The notes under the pieces: model-generated
Told to the model about the DNA's origin: nothing
The model's database searches: none
What the model saw: the letters and a program-made list of their open reading frames with translations, nothing else
Origin: Octopus vulgaris
Lineage: Eukaryota
DNA: 64,000 nt
Assembly: GCA_951406725.2 (NCBI GenBank)
Contig: OX597824.1
Span: 47,802,001 to 47,866,000 of the forward strand
Reading direction: 5' to 3'
Position numbers and translations under genes: made by a program
Shown: positions 23,368 to 37,626 of the stretch, piece after piece
Layout of the letters: every line of letters starts with the position of its first letter
How positions within the stretch are numbered: position 1 is the stretch's first letter

Positions 23368-25318
23368 CTGAAAATGAATACATTGTAAAAACCTTCTTAA
23401 GAACTTAGTTCTATTCATGACAAAATAAAAGATCAGACAGAGCATGCACACCAAAATAACCTTTTATAAACATTTTTAAGGTTTTCCAAAATTTTCAAAG
23501 GGTTTACATCAAGAAATAGCAAAATGGCAACCATGTATCTATGGGGCAGGACATATTTTTCTTTTTATGAATTCATTCTCCATGTCCTCAAAGAAATTAA
23601 CATTCCGCCAAACTAAGATGCCTAAATTAAATTAACACAAAGTTGAAACCACTTTGTGACTCAATAAATACTGCTTCCTTCTACACATTTCAAAATGACA
23701 TTCATCCTGAAGTAGAGATGCCACAATGGCTGTGTGTGTATGTATGCAGGACATTAAACTGTATTCAGTGATGAGGCTCCAGCTCAGGAGTTCTGGAGAG
23801 TATGGAGTCATTCCTTAATTACCACAACTCCCAGGTTTGTTCTGCCAGGATCCCATCTATGGGTTAAATAGATTTCTCAGATATAGAAGAGGCTCCAGTT
23901 ATTTTTGACAAAACTGTGGGGAAGGCAGCTCTTCTAAGAGAAAGATACTCTGATATAAAACTTGCAGTCAAAATAGTACCAGTCATCTTGTAATGCTTGT
24001 CACTGGAAGCTACTATGGCACCAGAGAGAATGGAAAAAGTGTTGTACAAGCTTTTGTCACTTAAATCCAATGACATACAGATATCTCACTATAATGTGAG
24101 ACAGTTATCATCTGACAAGTTGAGGCAATCTTGTATATATGTGTGTATCATTATCATCATCATTGTTTAATGTCCACTTTCCATGTTGGCATGGGTTGGA
24201 CAGTTTGACATGGAGCTGGTCAGCTGGGAGCATATAAGTTGGTTGTGTTATGTAAGAATTCATCATCATCATTTAACGTCTGTTTTCCATGCTGGCATGG
24301 GTCAGATGGTTTCATCGGAGCTAGTAAGCTAGAAAGCTGCACTAGGCTCCAGTCTATTTTGGCTTGTATGGTTGGATACCCTTTCTAACACCAACCACTC
24401 TACAGAGTGTACTGGGTGTCTTGTGTCAACAGTATGGGTGCCTTTCACGTGTCACCAGTATGAGTGACCTGTATGTCACTGGCATGGATGCCTTTTACAT
24501 GTCAACAAATATGAAAATTAAGTAATTTTGTCTTTAGCATGCAAAATTTCAGAATACAAGAGCATCATATAGATATTTCAATGCAATGATTCAAAATCAA
24601 AGGATCATTCATTAATCTTTTGTTTAAAACTGTATGTATGAACTTATTCAGTGGGGTTAGTAGGGATTTTTATTTCATGCTATCATGAGTGTGTTTTGGC
24701 ATGAATGTCTGAAAGATCTCACCTCCTTCTGCCCAATGGGTGACTTTATTCGTAATCGTTTATCAGAACGAGGTGTGTTTTCATCGTTGATTTTTTTAAT
24801 TCTCGCTTGCTGTAAATTATTTTGACCTCCACTTTTAACATGTCTTTTCTGAAGATTCAAGCAAAGGAAGGGGTAACAGATAAAAAAAATGAAACAAAAA
24901 TAACAATACAAACAACCATTACTGTCTAATTGATTCCAACATAAGCACATGGCCTCAAATTTTGGGAGTTAGTGAAATCAATCCCAGTACTTGGCTAGTA
25001 CTTTATAGATTTTGGAGGGATGGAAAGGCAAAGTTGACCTGGGCTACATTTGAACTCTGAATATAAAGAGCTGGAAGGATTATTGCATGGCATATTGTCC
25101 TATATTCTAATGATTCTGCTAATCCACCATCCCACTTAACACTATAAGGAAAAGAAAGCTGGTTTATAGAATCAGATGTATGAAATAAGAACTTCCTTGG
25201 TTGAAAAACAAGAAAAGTTAGCAATAGGAAGGGCATTTGGCTGTAAAACAAAACCTCAATAAAGACATTTGTCCAAACTGTGCTAGCATGGAAAAAAGTA
25301 CGTCTAAATGAATGAATG

Positions 25319-25359
<41 letters not shown>

Positions 25360-25672
25360 TTGTATGTATATTTGCGTATAATATACTATGGACTCTCACT
25401 CTGACAATAGATGAGGGTTCCACTATTTCTTGCTGAACAACCAGATAGTTTACTTATTGTGATTAAATGTTTGTGTTTAACATAAGCTACCTCCCACCAT
25501 CAAATCGACACTGCTTGTACAGATACAGAAGTGTGCCACACATCAGATGTCAAAATGACTGCAGAGCAATGTGAAATGAAGTGTTTTACTCAAGGACATA
25601 ACACACCACCAAGTCTAGGAATGGAAATCATGATTGTGAGTTCAACACCTTAATCACCTCTTCATTATGCAA

Positions 25673-25713
<41 letters not shown>

Positions 25714-27469
25714 ATCATCATTTAATGTCTGCTCTCCCATGCTGGCATGGATTAGATGATTTGACTGGAGCTGATGAGTTGGAGAGCTGCACTGGGTTCC
25801 AGTCTGATTTGGCATGGTTTCTACAGCTGGATGCTCTTCCTGGTACCATGATGCCCTTCTTAATGTCAATATATATACATATATATATATATATATACAT
25901 TATACATATATACATATATATATATACACATATATATACACACACATATATATACACACATATATATACACACATATATATATACACACATATATATACA
26001 CACATATATATACACACATATATATACACACATATATATACACATATATATATATGTGTACATACACACACATGCCCCTTCTAATGCCAAATAATGTGTA
26101 TATATATATATGCACGTACACACATACATAATATGTACAACATAATATATAGTATTGCCTTGGTGTTACAGTGCTCAATTGAATCTGTCTTCCACAGAAA
26201 CAAAAGTAGAACCAGGATTTCATTAAGTATAAGAATGAATATATACACACCCATACATACAAGGAAAAGGGAATGGAGATGGTAGGAAATTGAAAGCAAT
26301 TAGTGTAAGGTAAATTTGCAGGTGAAGGGAAAAACTGTGAAGCTAAAACAAAAAGGAAAAAAAAAAGAACTAGGGAATGACTAAAAGAAGCAGAAAAATA
26401 ACAGCAAGAACATTTATAAAGCAAAAGGAGAAACAGAAAGGAATGGCAATAGTAGAATAGAGTATGTTACCTGAGAACTGACAGGACTCTTCCGCTTGCG
26501 TTTGCTTGCAGATTTTGGCAGAGTGATGTCAGCTTTAAATGGACTTGGAATGTTCTGCAGCTCAGCAGGATATGTTGAACGAAGGTGAGCAGGGACCATA
26601 GTGTTTCGTCGCTTAATTTCAGTGAGCCGACTCCAATCATAAGTGTTAGGTTCATCCTCACATGCAAACATTTTGCCACAGCCAGCTGAAAATAAAATGG
26701 AACAAGAGTGATTTTGTGACATTGCAGATAATTGGATTTTTGCTTTGAGAGAAGATTCAACAAAGTTGTTTGTTTTCTCACAACTTTTGGCTCTCCAAGA
26801 AAGCTGAATTGCAACATTGGATTATGTCCCTTTAATCGCGCGCGTACGCAGAGGGGGAGAGAGAGAGAGAGAGAGGGTAATCCTGAATTGTAAATAAAAG
26901 TGATCACGTGTAAAGTCTGCCTGCTTGACTTATTGAAAAACAACAACATGACATAGATGTAATTGTTTTTCTCGTTTTTGAAGGAATGGTCGGTGTCCAT
27001 GGCCTGTGTTATCTTTCTGACAACACTGGTCAGACTGATATGATTTATGTTCATATTTAGATATTATCTTGCAAGAAAAAGTGAGTAGGAGAAAATTTCA
27101 GAGGGTGACAAATTTGGGAATACCAAATTATGGAAATGGTTAGTGTAGGGTCTAAAAGTGGATTGGACTATTTGGGTTATTGGAAGAGATGCATGGGCTT
27201 TGGTGGGAGATAGTATGCAAGTAGCTAGGTTCAGGGGCTGCTGTTGTTGCTGCAGTTGAACAGGCAGATTAAAGAGACAGCATGTCTGTGGGCCACACGT
27301 AAGCACAAACATAGCTGTGAGTATATGATATTCACTTTGAAACTACTTGGTTTTGAATTCAGTTCCGCTGCATGGTACATTGGGCAAGTGTCTTCAATTA
27401 TAGCACTGGATTGACCAAAGCCTTGTGTGTGGATTTGGTAGATGTAAGCTGAAAAAAGACTGTGTGTGT

Positions 27470-27520
<51 letters not shown>

Positions 27521-30500
27521 AGAGAAAGAGATAGTTCATATTTTCCTCTATCTTCATGTGTGTTCGCTGGCTATAAACAATGACCTTGTTGTTTATGTAC
27601 ATGGTGTAATTAGTTTCCAGTTCTTTGTGTAACTATGCCTGTGCTGGTTATTGTCTTGTAGACCGGGAGATTATTACTTCACCAGGAAACAGGTGGTAGT
27701 TGGCATCGGGAAGGGCATCTGACCATAGAGAATTGCTCTAATGAACTCCGGTCTGACTCATGCAATCATGGAAAAGAAGATGAATGCATGTGTTTGTGTA
27801 TATTTGAGTTTGCTTCCATGAAAGTTGCAATCAAGGAGGTATTTTAAATAGTCTGCAGATGTGAATTGAAAATTTCCTATGGTTATATTTTGGAGAAAGA
27901 GCTGTTACTCCACCAAGCAGACTCATTCAAGCTATAGAACATGGAATTGAACTGTTTATTAGGGACTCAATAAACAGGTAGATTTCCAGCTTTGTGATGT
28001 AAGAAGACTTAAATTTATGAGCTTGCATTCAGTGCACCAGCACCTTAGCATACAGTGAAATCTGCTGACTGACAAAAGTATCAAGGCATCCAATATTTAG
28101 ATCAGCCAAGAGCAATCTGCAGGACTTTCTGAATTGAATGTCCAATGAAAAATAACCTTGAAATTTTTAGTGTGACCCACCTGATGAGTCATGTCTCATG
28201 CAATCCACTTTTCAATAAAGGTTACCCATGCCTAATTTAGGTGAACCAAAAGAGGAATAGTTCCAGACAATGGAATTTTTTTTTGGCTAACTTTTGTATA
28301 ATCTAGGGTTTCATCATCGTTTAATGTCCGTTTTCCATACTAGCATGGGCTGGACGGTTTGACTGGGGTCTGGGAAGCCAGGAGGCTGCACCAGGCTCCA
28401 GTCTGATCTGGCAGAGTTTATACAGCTGGATGCCCTTCCTAACGCCAACCACTCCATGTATGTAGTGGGTGCTTTTTATGTGCCACCGGCACAGGTGCCA
28501 GGGGAGGCTGGTAACGGCCATGATCGGTTGGTGCTTTTTACATGTCACCAGCACGGAAGCCAGTCAGGGCGGCGCTGGCATCAGCCACATTCGGATGGTG
28601 CTTTTTACATGCCACCGGCACAGGTATCACAACTACAATTTCCATTTGATTTTTATAGGGCAACCTGCTGTGCTTGAGGAAACCTATTGAGTCAAGTACA
28701 TCAAAAAAATCAAATGGGGTTTCAACTATCAAAAATACTATACTGAACTCTGATAGTGGATAGTCAAGTATATTTTTGGTATTGTAGGGTACTGCTCAAG
28801 GACTTATAACAGATGAATTGTAGACAGGAACTTTGCTGTGGGTTAGCTAGTGAGCTGGTCTGCAGTGAAGAGAACTTCCAGTTAGTCGGGATTTCTCCTA
28901 AGAGCAAGATGACCTATTGCTTTCACCCAGATGTGTCCAACCAAATGAAACTAAATAAATCCTTCATAAACATACTCTTGTTTTCCATTGATTTTTTTTG
29001 TTTACTTCAATATGTGAAGCGAGAGCTGTTGTTCTTATGGTATCACCAGTTATAGCTTTTGTTAAGCTATACACAAAAAAATAAACGGAGAACAAGAGTG
29101 TGTTTATGAAGGATTTATTTAGTTTCAGTATTCTTTTCATCAATTCTCTTTCACCCAGAAGAGTGATGAAAGGAAGGGAAATAACAATTGAGCAATTAGT
29201 CTGAGTAAATGGATACTTACAAGGTACTGGTGTCCTTGATGAAGTAGAGGCATTAGAAGCAAATGACTTTATGCTTGAAGTACTATACACACTGGAAGAG
29301 ATTAAATAATTAATACATCAACTGTTTAAAATGTTGTGGTGAATAACCTTACTTATATATCAAATGGAAAAAATAAAGGAAACGCATAGGAAATGACAAA
29401 AAATTAAGACACATTCTTACATGGACAAGAGATGCAGGTATGGTTGTCTGGTTAAGCAGTTTGCTTCCCAACCACATGGCACTTTGTGCAAGTGTCTTCT
29501 ACTGTAGCCCCAGGCTGACCAAAGCCTTGTGAGTGGATTTGGTAGATGCTCATCATATATATGCATTTATGTGAATGTGTGTTTATGTCTTTTTATCTTG
29601 ACAATGCCTGATTGTTGTAAACGAATGTTGTTCATTTCAAGTATTCTGTGAAAACGTGTAAATATACAAGGCAGGCCAAAAGCCATGCACCAAAACTTAT
29701 CTGCCTCAATAAACTCCAGCCAACCCAAGCAAGCATGGAAAAGTGAATGATGAAACAATGATGGTGACGATGCATAGAACCACAAATTTTGGAAGAAAGA
29801 GTCAGTTAAATAAATCGCAGTGCTTGAATGGTACTTTATTAATTCTAGAAGAATTAATGGTAAAATTGACCTTGCTCTAATATGAACTCAGAAGTCAAGG
29901 GCATGTCAGTAAATACTGAAATATCTTACCTGGTGTTCTAGTCATTATCAAGCATCAACACATAACATCTATATTCCACACTGGCATGGACAGGATGGTT
30001 TCCCAGGATCTGACAGGTCCAAGGACTGAATTGTGCTCCAAAGTCTGCTTTGGCATGGTTTCTATGGCTGGATGCCCTTCCTAATATCTGTCAGTTTACA
30101 GCAAGTAATAAGTGCTCTTGTTGTGGCACCAGTACTAGTGAGATTGTAATGCAGCTTAAAAGACTAAAGTCCCTTTAATTGAGTGAGACTTCAGTAGAGA
30201 AGGAGGTGGATTTATAGGAGGGATTAAATATGAGAGAAGGGGACACAGAAAAGAAAAGGTTTTTTGCAGCAGAGGAGCTACATCTACATGGATACTAACA
30301 TTTTAGAAGAGAGGGTGGGAGTGAGTGTAATGGAGCTGGAAAAAGATGAAATAGTGGTGATGAGGCATCAAAGTGGACCCTGGTGCCACAACAAGGACAC
30401 TCAGTGAGTAGAAGTGAATGAGGACAAGAGAACAGGGAGTGCAGGTGGATGGAGTTTGTGAGAGTGTATGAGAGAATAAAAGCTGGTTTAACGATTATGC

Positions 30501-33500
30501 TAATATCCAATGCACTTGCATTAGCAACATAAAAGTATCCCAAGCTGGACTGTAAATCATTGATGAAAATTCTATGAACTACTGTACATCCTAAGCTGTA
30601 GATAGAAATAAACTTGAGTGATATAATCAAACGTTGAGCCAACCAACCTTATTGGTGATAAGTTATAATCTTTCATCTTGTTACTGCTTCTGGACCTCAG
30701 ATCATAAGGAACTTTATTTAATGTGCTTGAGGCACATTCCAAAGAGTCATCTAAAATTTAAAAGACAAAATTACCAAAACAAAACTGTTCATGTTATGAC
30801 TAATCTATGTTACAATACGAACTGTGTTTCTAAGTCTAACCATAACCCATCACATGCTATCTTCAGAGCAAAATGATTTTCAAATAATAATTTTTTTAAT
30901 CTTCTACCACTGGTATGGTCATGTACTAAGGATGGATGAGGAGAGATGTGTGAAGAAGTGCCACTCCCAAACAGTTGAAGGAATCCGGGATAGAGGTAGA
31001 CCCAGGAAGACATGGGATGAGGTGGTCAAGCATGACCTTCGAACGTTGGGCCACACAGAGGCAATGACGAAAGACCGAGATCTCGGGAGATATGCTGTGA
31101 CTGCGAAGACCTGACAAAGTGAATCCATGGTGTATCCTACACCAGCTTCACATAACCAGCTCCAGCCTATTCAAAGTACCTTGGATCGTAGGACAAATAA
31201 AATTGTCAAAACAGCTGTTGAATGTTGCAAGACAATATGACATGGACTTGATACTGGAATTGGCTGTCAATGTAACCTGTCGTAGTTGTGGTATGACTTA
31301 ATGGATGTGAGATGCTATCATTGTAATGTATTAATGTTCATAGAAAAGTGCACTAGGAGGAACAGTGGCTAATTGTGATTTTGGTTACTGCTGTAAATCT
31401 GGTTTAATCTGTATTCTAAAAGTACCAGATTTACCTGATGAACAACATCAATTATTTATACTTGACTGACCAGAAGTAAATTATTTATCCCCACTTAAAT
31501 GTGGATGTTCTATTAGACAGTGGTTCCCAAAGTGGGCAGTGGAAAGATCCAGGGGGCAGGTTTGAAGAAAAATGGGACAATAATGGGGTGACCAAAATGG
31601 GACAATGGATGTAAAAAAAAAGCAAACAAAATAAAGGGGTAATTAGGTTAAGCTTTATTTGTGAAATACTGTTGTTTTGAATTTGTTGCAGAAATGGTCT
31701 CTGTCTGTCAAGGTGAGAGGGGGGGGGCACTAGAAATGTGGCCTTAAAACTAAGGGAGTGGCAGCCTGAAAAATTTGGGAACCACTGTATTAGAACAAAC
31801 TATACTGCAATAGCTACCATGAGAGAAACTCTCATATTGGCTTTTAGTGCAAAATGCAATCTTGTTTATAGCACTTGCAGGGAGATAAATCTCTGCCACC
31901 TTCAGCACCAAGACCACTAGGTCATGTGATTTTGAACTTCCTTGGTCTATCAGTGATGGATGTCTGACTGCTAGAAATAGCAGTAAATCATCTCCCTGCC
32001 AGTAATATATAGAAAAACAGTGCCAGAAAAGGCACTGGTATTACAATTAGCCAGTTAACTTGTTATCCTACATGGCAACTCCTCTAAACGTTATGTGACA
32101 GTCATGGATTTGGTGAAGAAGAACAAGACAACCAGAAGAAATAGCAGAGATGCTCGATAGAGTATACTCTGTCCATCTGTTACAAGTAGAACTCTTCTAT
32201 TTGAAACTATTACTTCATTACAGAGCTGGAGCTAAAAACTTTGATGATTTGCAAACAGTTGACAATATTCCTCAGGAAAGAATTTTAGTAAATTTTCCCA
32301 GCTATAATGTACATATTCCATTAGTGCAATTAAAATTTAAGACCACAAAGATAGTACTAAACATTAATCCAAAACTGTTTCTAGGTTAATGAGATTGACA
32401 TGATGAGTATCTCAGTAAATGTTGATAAGTAAAACAAGCCACACATACTTACTGGCCCAGTTTGGTGATTGAGAAGTGTTAAACAATGCCATTTCTGCCT
32501 TCTCAAGCTGTTCATTTAATATCACAATTTTTCTCTTCATATCTTTACATTCTTTATCTGGAAATGAAACACAGTAAAATAAGTGTTGAGAATATGGTCC
32601 AATTCTTAAAATAACAATAGAGCTTTATATTTATGAAGGTACCTTATTGAAATTCACAGCTACTCAGGTTCCTAGAGTGATGAGCAACTAGTTGAAGGGT
32701 CAAAATTCATATCTCCTTCAGAGTGCTGTAGTGAATGGTTTAAATTTAAATTCAAAAGGGAGATTTTTATAAGGATGCCAAGCATTTAATCTTGTATCTA
32801 GGCATGGGTGTATGGTAAGAAGCTTGCTTCTCAACCACATGGTTCTGGGTTCAGTGCCACAGTGTGGCACCTTGGGTAAGTGTCTTCTACTATAGCCTTA
32901 GGGCGACCAAAACCATGTGAGTAGATTTGGTAAACGGAAACTGAAAGCCCCCCCCATATATATATATATAGATATGTATATATCTATGTGTGTGTGTCTG
33001 TCCTCCCCTCATCGCTTGACAACTGGTGTTGGTGTGTTTACATCTCTGTAACTTAGTGGCTCAGCAAAAGAGACCAATAAGATAAGTACTAGGCTTTAAA
33101 AAAAATCCTACAGTTGATTTATTTGACTAAAAAAAAAGAAATTCAAGGCAGTGCTCAAGTATGGCCACAGTCAAATGACTGAAACAAGTAAAAGAATACT
33201 GTTTCAACTAATGTGACTAACAAGTTGTGTGTCACAGTAAATGTGACACTTAACTGAAGTATCAGCTCCTACGGATGATATGGCTCTCATTAAAATAGAA
33301 GAATCATCCACAGATCTGGAAATTGAGATAACCCAAATGTGTGTATGTGTGTGTGTATAAATTGTAACTATTTCTAACCTCACTTTTAACATGCCTTTTC
33401 TGAAGACCAAACATAGGAAGAAAAAAAAACAAAAAAACAACAGTATGAAACAGTCATTAGTGCTCAGGTTTATCTTCTAACCCTATAATTAGTTCCAACA

Positions 33501-34594
33501 CAGGGACAAGACCTCAAATTTTGGGGGTTGGAGTTAGTCGCATTTATTATAGGACTTGACTGGCACAAAGGAGGAAAGGCAAAGTTGACTTTGACAGGAT
33601 TTGATCTCGGAATGTAAAGAATCAGATGTTCCAATAGGTATTTTGTCTGACATTCTAATATCAATAATTATGATAATAATAATCATGGTTTCAAATTTTG
33701 ACACAAGGGAGGGGCTAAGTTGATTAAATCAACCCCAGTGTTCAACTGGTACTTACTTTTATGACTAAAAGGATGAAAGGCAAAGTCGATCCCAACAGAG
33801 TTTGAACTCAGAACATAAATACAGACAAAATACTGCTAAGCATTTTGCCTGACATGCTAACAATTCTGCCGGCTTGCCTCCTTACTATTACTACTACTAC
33901 TACTAATAATAATAATGGTCTCAAATTTTGGAACAAGGCCAACAATTTCAGTGGAATGGGCAAGTTGATTACATTGATCCAGTGCTCAACTGGAGCTTAT
34001 TATATTGACTGGTACTTATTTTATCAACCCTGAAAGGATGAAAGATAAAGTAGACTTCTGCAGCAATTGAACTCAGAAAATAAGGACGGACAAAATACCA
34101 CAAAGTATTTTGCCCAGCATGCTAACGATTCTGCCAGCTCGCTACCCTCCTCCTCTCCCCAATAATAATAATAATAATAACAATCCTTTCTACTATAAGT
34201 ACAAGGCCTGAAATTCGGGGGAGGGGGACTAGTCAATTGTATTGACCCCAAAATGATGAAAGGCAAAGTCTACCTAGGCAGAATTTCAACTCAGAACGTA
34301 AAGAAGGATGAAATACCACTAAGCATTTTGCCAAGCATGCTAACGATTCTGCCAGCTCACTGCCTTAATAATAATAGTCCTTTCTACTAAAGGCACAAGT
34401 CCTGAAATTTATGGGGAGGGGACTAGTTGATTACATGAACCCGTGTTTCACTGGTACTTAATTTATCGACCCCGAAAAGATGAAAGGTAAAGTTGACCAC
34501 TACGGAATTTGAACTCAGAACATGACGGGTGAAATACCGTTAAGCATTTTGTCCAACATGCTAACGATTCTGCCAGTTTTTCGCCTTAATGATG

Positions 34595-34635
<41 letters not shown>

Positions 34636-35314
34636 TTATAAAAGATTGACATAACTCTTTACAATAATAAATAGACACTAAGAAGAGCATGATGCGATTT
34701 GCAATAGATTGTTTATTTAACAGTTTGAACAGTATTTTAACAGATCATCTGCCTTCTTCAGGCTCAAAATGTAAAATGAAAATAACCGCAGTAACACAAA
34801 AATTCAAAATATGAGGAAATCCTGTATTGCTATTTTGATAACTGATAAAAGAAAAAAAAAAATATTTAGCTGAACAGTTTTTGTGTAAATGTCATGAAAT
34901 TCGTCCATCATTTTATTCATTCTTTCAGGACATGATGTTAGTAATTCACAAATATATTTGTCATCATGCATTTTGAGGACTGAAAGTGTAGTGAATTACT
35001 TACATCATGCCCTGGAGGAATGAATAAAATGACAGGTGAATTTCATTACATTTAAACAAAACTGTTTAACTAAATATTTTTTTCCTATTTTTTCTTTCTT
35101 CTTTTTCCTTTTACCAGTTATGAAAGTGAAAACTGTAGCAATGCAGGATTTTCTCATTTATATTTTGAATTTCAGTGTTTCTGCAGTTATTTTCATTTTA
35201 CATTTTGAACCTGAAGACAATCTGTTGAAATATTGGTGAAGCTGTTAAATAAACAATCTATTGCAAAATGCACCATGCTCATCTTGTTGTCTAACAACAA
35301 TAATAATAATAATG

Positions 35315-35370
<56 letters not shown>

Positions 35371-37589
35371 CATACAAGTTTCTTGGAATTTAGTCTGCTC
35401 TTTCTTCAGTATCTCCGAGAATGAGTATTTCTCTTTCTCTAACTCCATCACTTTCTTCATCAATCGTTCATTATTCTTCTTTTCTTCAGCATCACGCTCA
35501 TTCACCTTGGCAAGGAGGTTATGTTCGTGTGTCTTGTAGTGTTTTATTAATTTCTCAAGGTTCTCAGTTTCAAACCGAGACTCTGAATATTTCTCATTGA
35601 GCTGAAAATACAAAGGGTCTGATAAGAAGTTGCCAGGCTTTGAAACAATTTTCCTGCAGCTTTTGGACAATAATGCATTGTACAATTTTTTTCCTTTTTG
35701 AATTGCATTTTGAAAGATTACTTGTGTGAACATACAAACACACACACATTATATACACGAGTACACATACATAAATTCATCATTGATATTTATACACTTG
35801 AATTTCTTTGCAGTTCTGTGTCTATCTTGTTCAGCATTATTTGCAATATGTCATGTAAGGCCTAACTACAACTGATTTTTTTAATACATTCTTAGCGAAA
35901 ATAAAAATTAAAACTACTACGTTCCCTATTACTGTCAACTTCCTATCAACTGAAAATAACTGTGATCTGACATAACCTGGTTTTGTACTGACATAGCAGC
36001 GTGAAGCAGGGCTGCGTGCTTACCCCCACCCTGTTTGGCATCTTCTTTGCAGTCATGCCAAAACATGCATTTGGGACATCAACTGATTGTGTTTACCTCC
36101 ACACGAAGTGGCAAACTGTTTAGTCTGTTGAGGCTGAAAGCAAAATCCAGGGTGCATCAGGTACTTGTCAGAGAAATGTTGTTTACAGATGACGCAGCAA
36201 TGACAGTGCACTCTGAAGAGCAAATGCAGCACCTCGTGGACAAACTTTCAAAGGCCCATCAGGAATTCAGTCTGAAGAAGATGCAAGTAATGGGCCAAAG
36301 TGTCAAGTACCCCACCACCATCAACAACTTACAAGCTGGAGGTAGTCCATCAATTCACCTATCTCAGCTCTACCATTGCTGATGACTTCTCCCTGGACCC
36401 TGAGAACAACAGGTAAATTGAACAAGCATCCTCCACATTTTCCAGGCTCACAAAGAGAGTCTGGGAAAACAAAAAACTGGCTGCTAACACCGAAATTGCT
36501 GTCTATAAAGCATGCATCCTTAGCACACTACTTTATGGCAGTGATACATGGAGCAGTGGCAGCTCATGTATAGGCACTGCGGAACTACAGTGCCCTCTAT
36601 TTCCACTCGATATTATCGATAACATTGAATATAATGAATCCTCTTTTCTTTAATTCTTTCTTTATACTTGTACATTATATAATCCTTAAGTTTAATGTCA
36701 GTAGCCATCCCCTAGTTTATGAAAAAAGTACAAAAATCCTTGTATAGAACTGTGCACTTTACAGTTCCAGCGATGTGGTGTTTGGCTGTTGTGTGCATGC
36801 TCACATGTCTGAGATAGGAAGCTTTATGCTAGGAGAGAGCACTGTCATTCCTGTGTGGGCCTGTACAGCCACAACAAATGCTGCACCGCTATCAGCAGCT
36901 GACATGATTTCTTTCTGGCGCAGATCCATGGCCTCTCAAGACCAACGGATAACGACGACTACTACTACTACTGCTGCTATTACTACTACTACTACTACAC
37001 CAACACCATGTCTTTATATTAGTGTTCCTTTCTCTATATCCCCCACAGTTCATCATTCCACAGAATAGTCAATAGTTGAAGAGATCTAAAATATAAAACT
37101 GATATGAATGTACAGATATTTCTTTAGTTTGTTTCAGCTATTGTGGTTAAGGCCATACTAGAGTACCACCTCTTGGGGCTACACACCCAAAGTATTAACT
37201 GTTTTGGTGGTAGTATTTCAAGATGTCTTTGGCTTTCTCTGTTAGAGTGGTTGGTTGCTAATTGAAAGGGCTTTAAACTTATTAAATATGTAAAACAAAG
37301 TATGAACTCATGTGTATATGTCTGGGTGTAAAGAGTCAACAGATGAGATCCAGAGATTCCCAATATAGAAAACACTTGGTAAATTGCATCTGCCAACATT
37401 ATGAAGTAACTCTAAGCCCTCTCCAGAAACAGCTGTTGGACTTGTAACACCATACCTTCTCCCATTTACTTTTCTACTCTGTGTAAGTTTGCTCTGTTAA
37501 TATATAAATATCTATATATTTATACTTGAGTATTCATCATTTGAAAATTTTCAATCCTTGCTTCTTTCTATTTACATATATACAGGTGT

Positions 37590-37626
<37 letters not shown>

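Noticed and set aside
25654-26424. Multiple overlapping ORFs rich in I/Y/T/H/C/V
   Set aside because: Translations of (TA)/(CA) microsatellites
28175-28215. Hammerhead starting ccacCTGATGAg
   Set aside because: No stem II followed by GAAA downstream
31190-31440. Extra NuMA exon
   Set aside because: All tested minus-strand acceptor/frame combinations hit stops, and the phase is already satisfied by exon 30648-30750
35233-35539. Poly-Asn and poly-Ile ORFs
   Set aside because: Translations of an (AAT)n microsatellite
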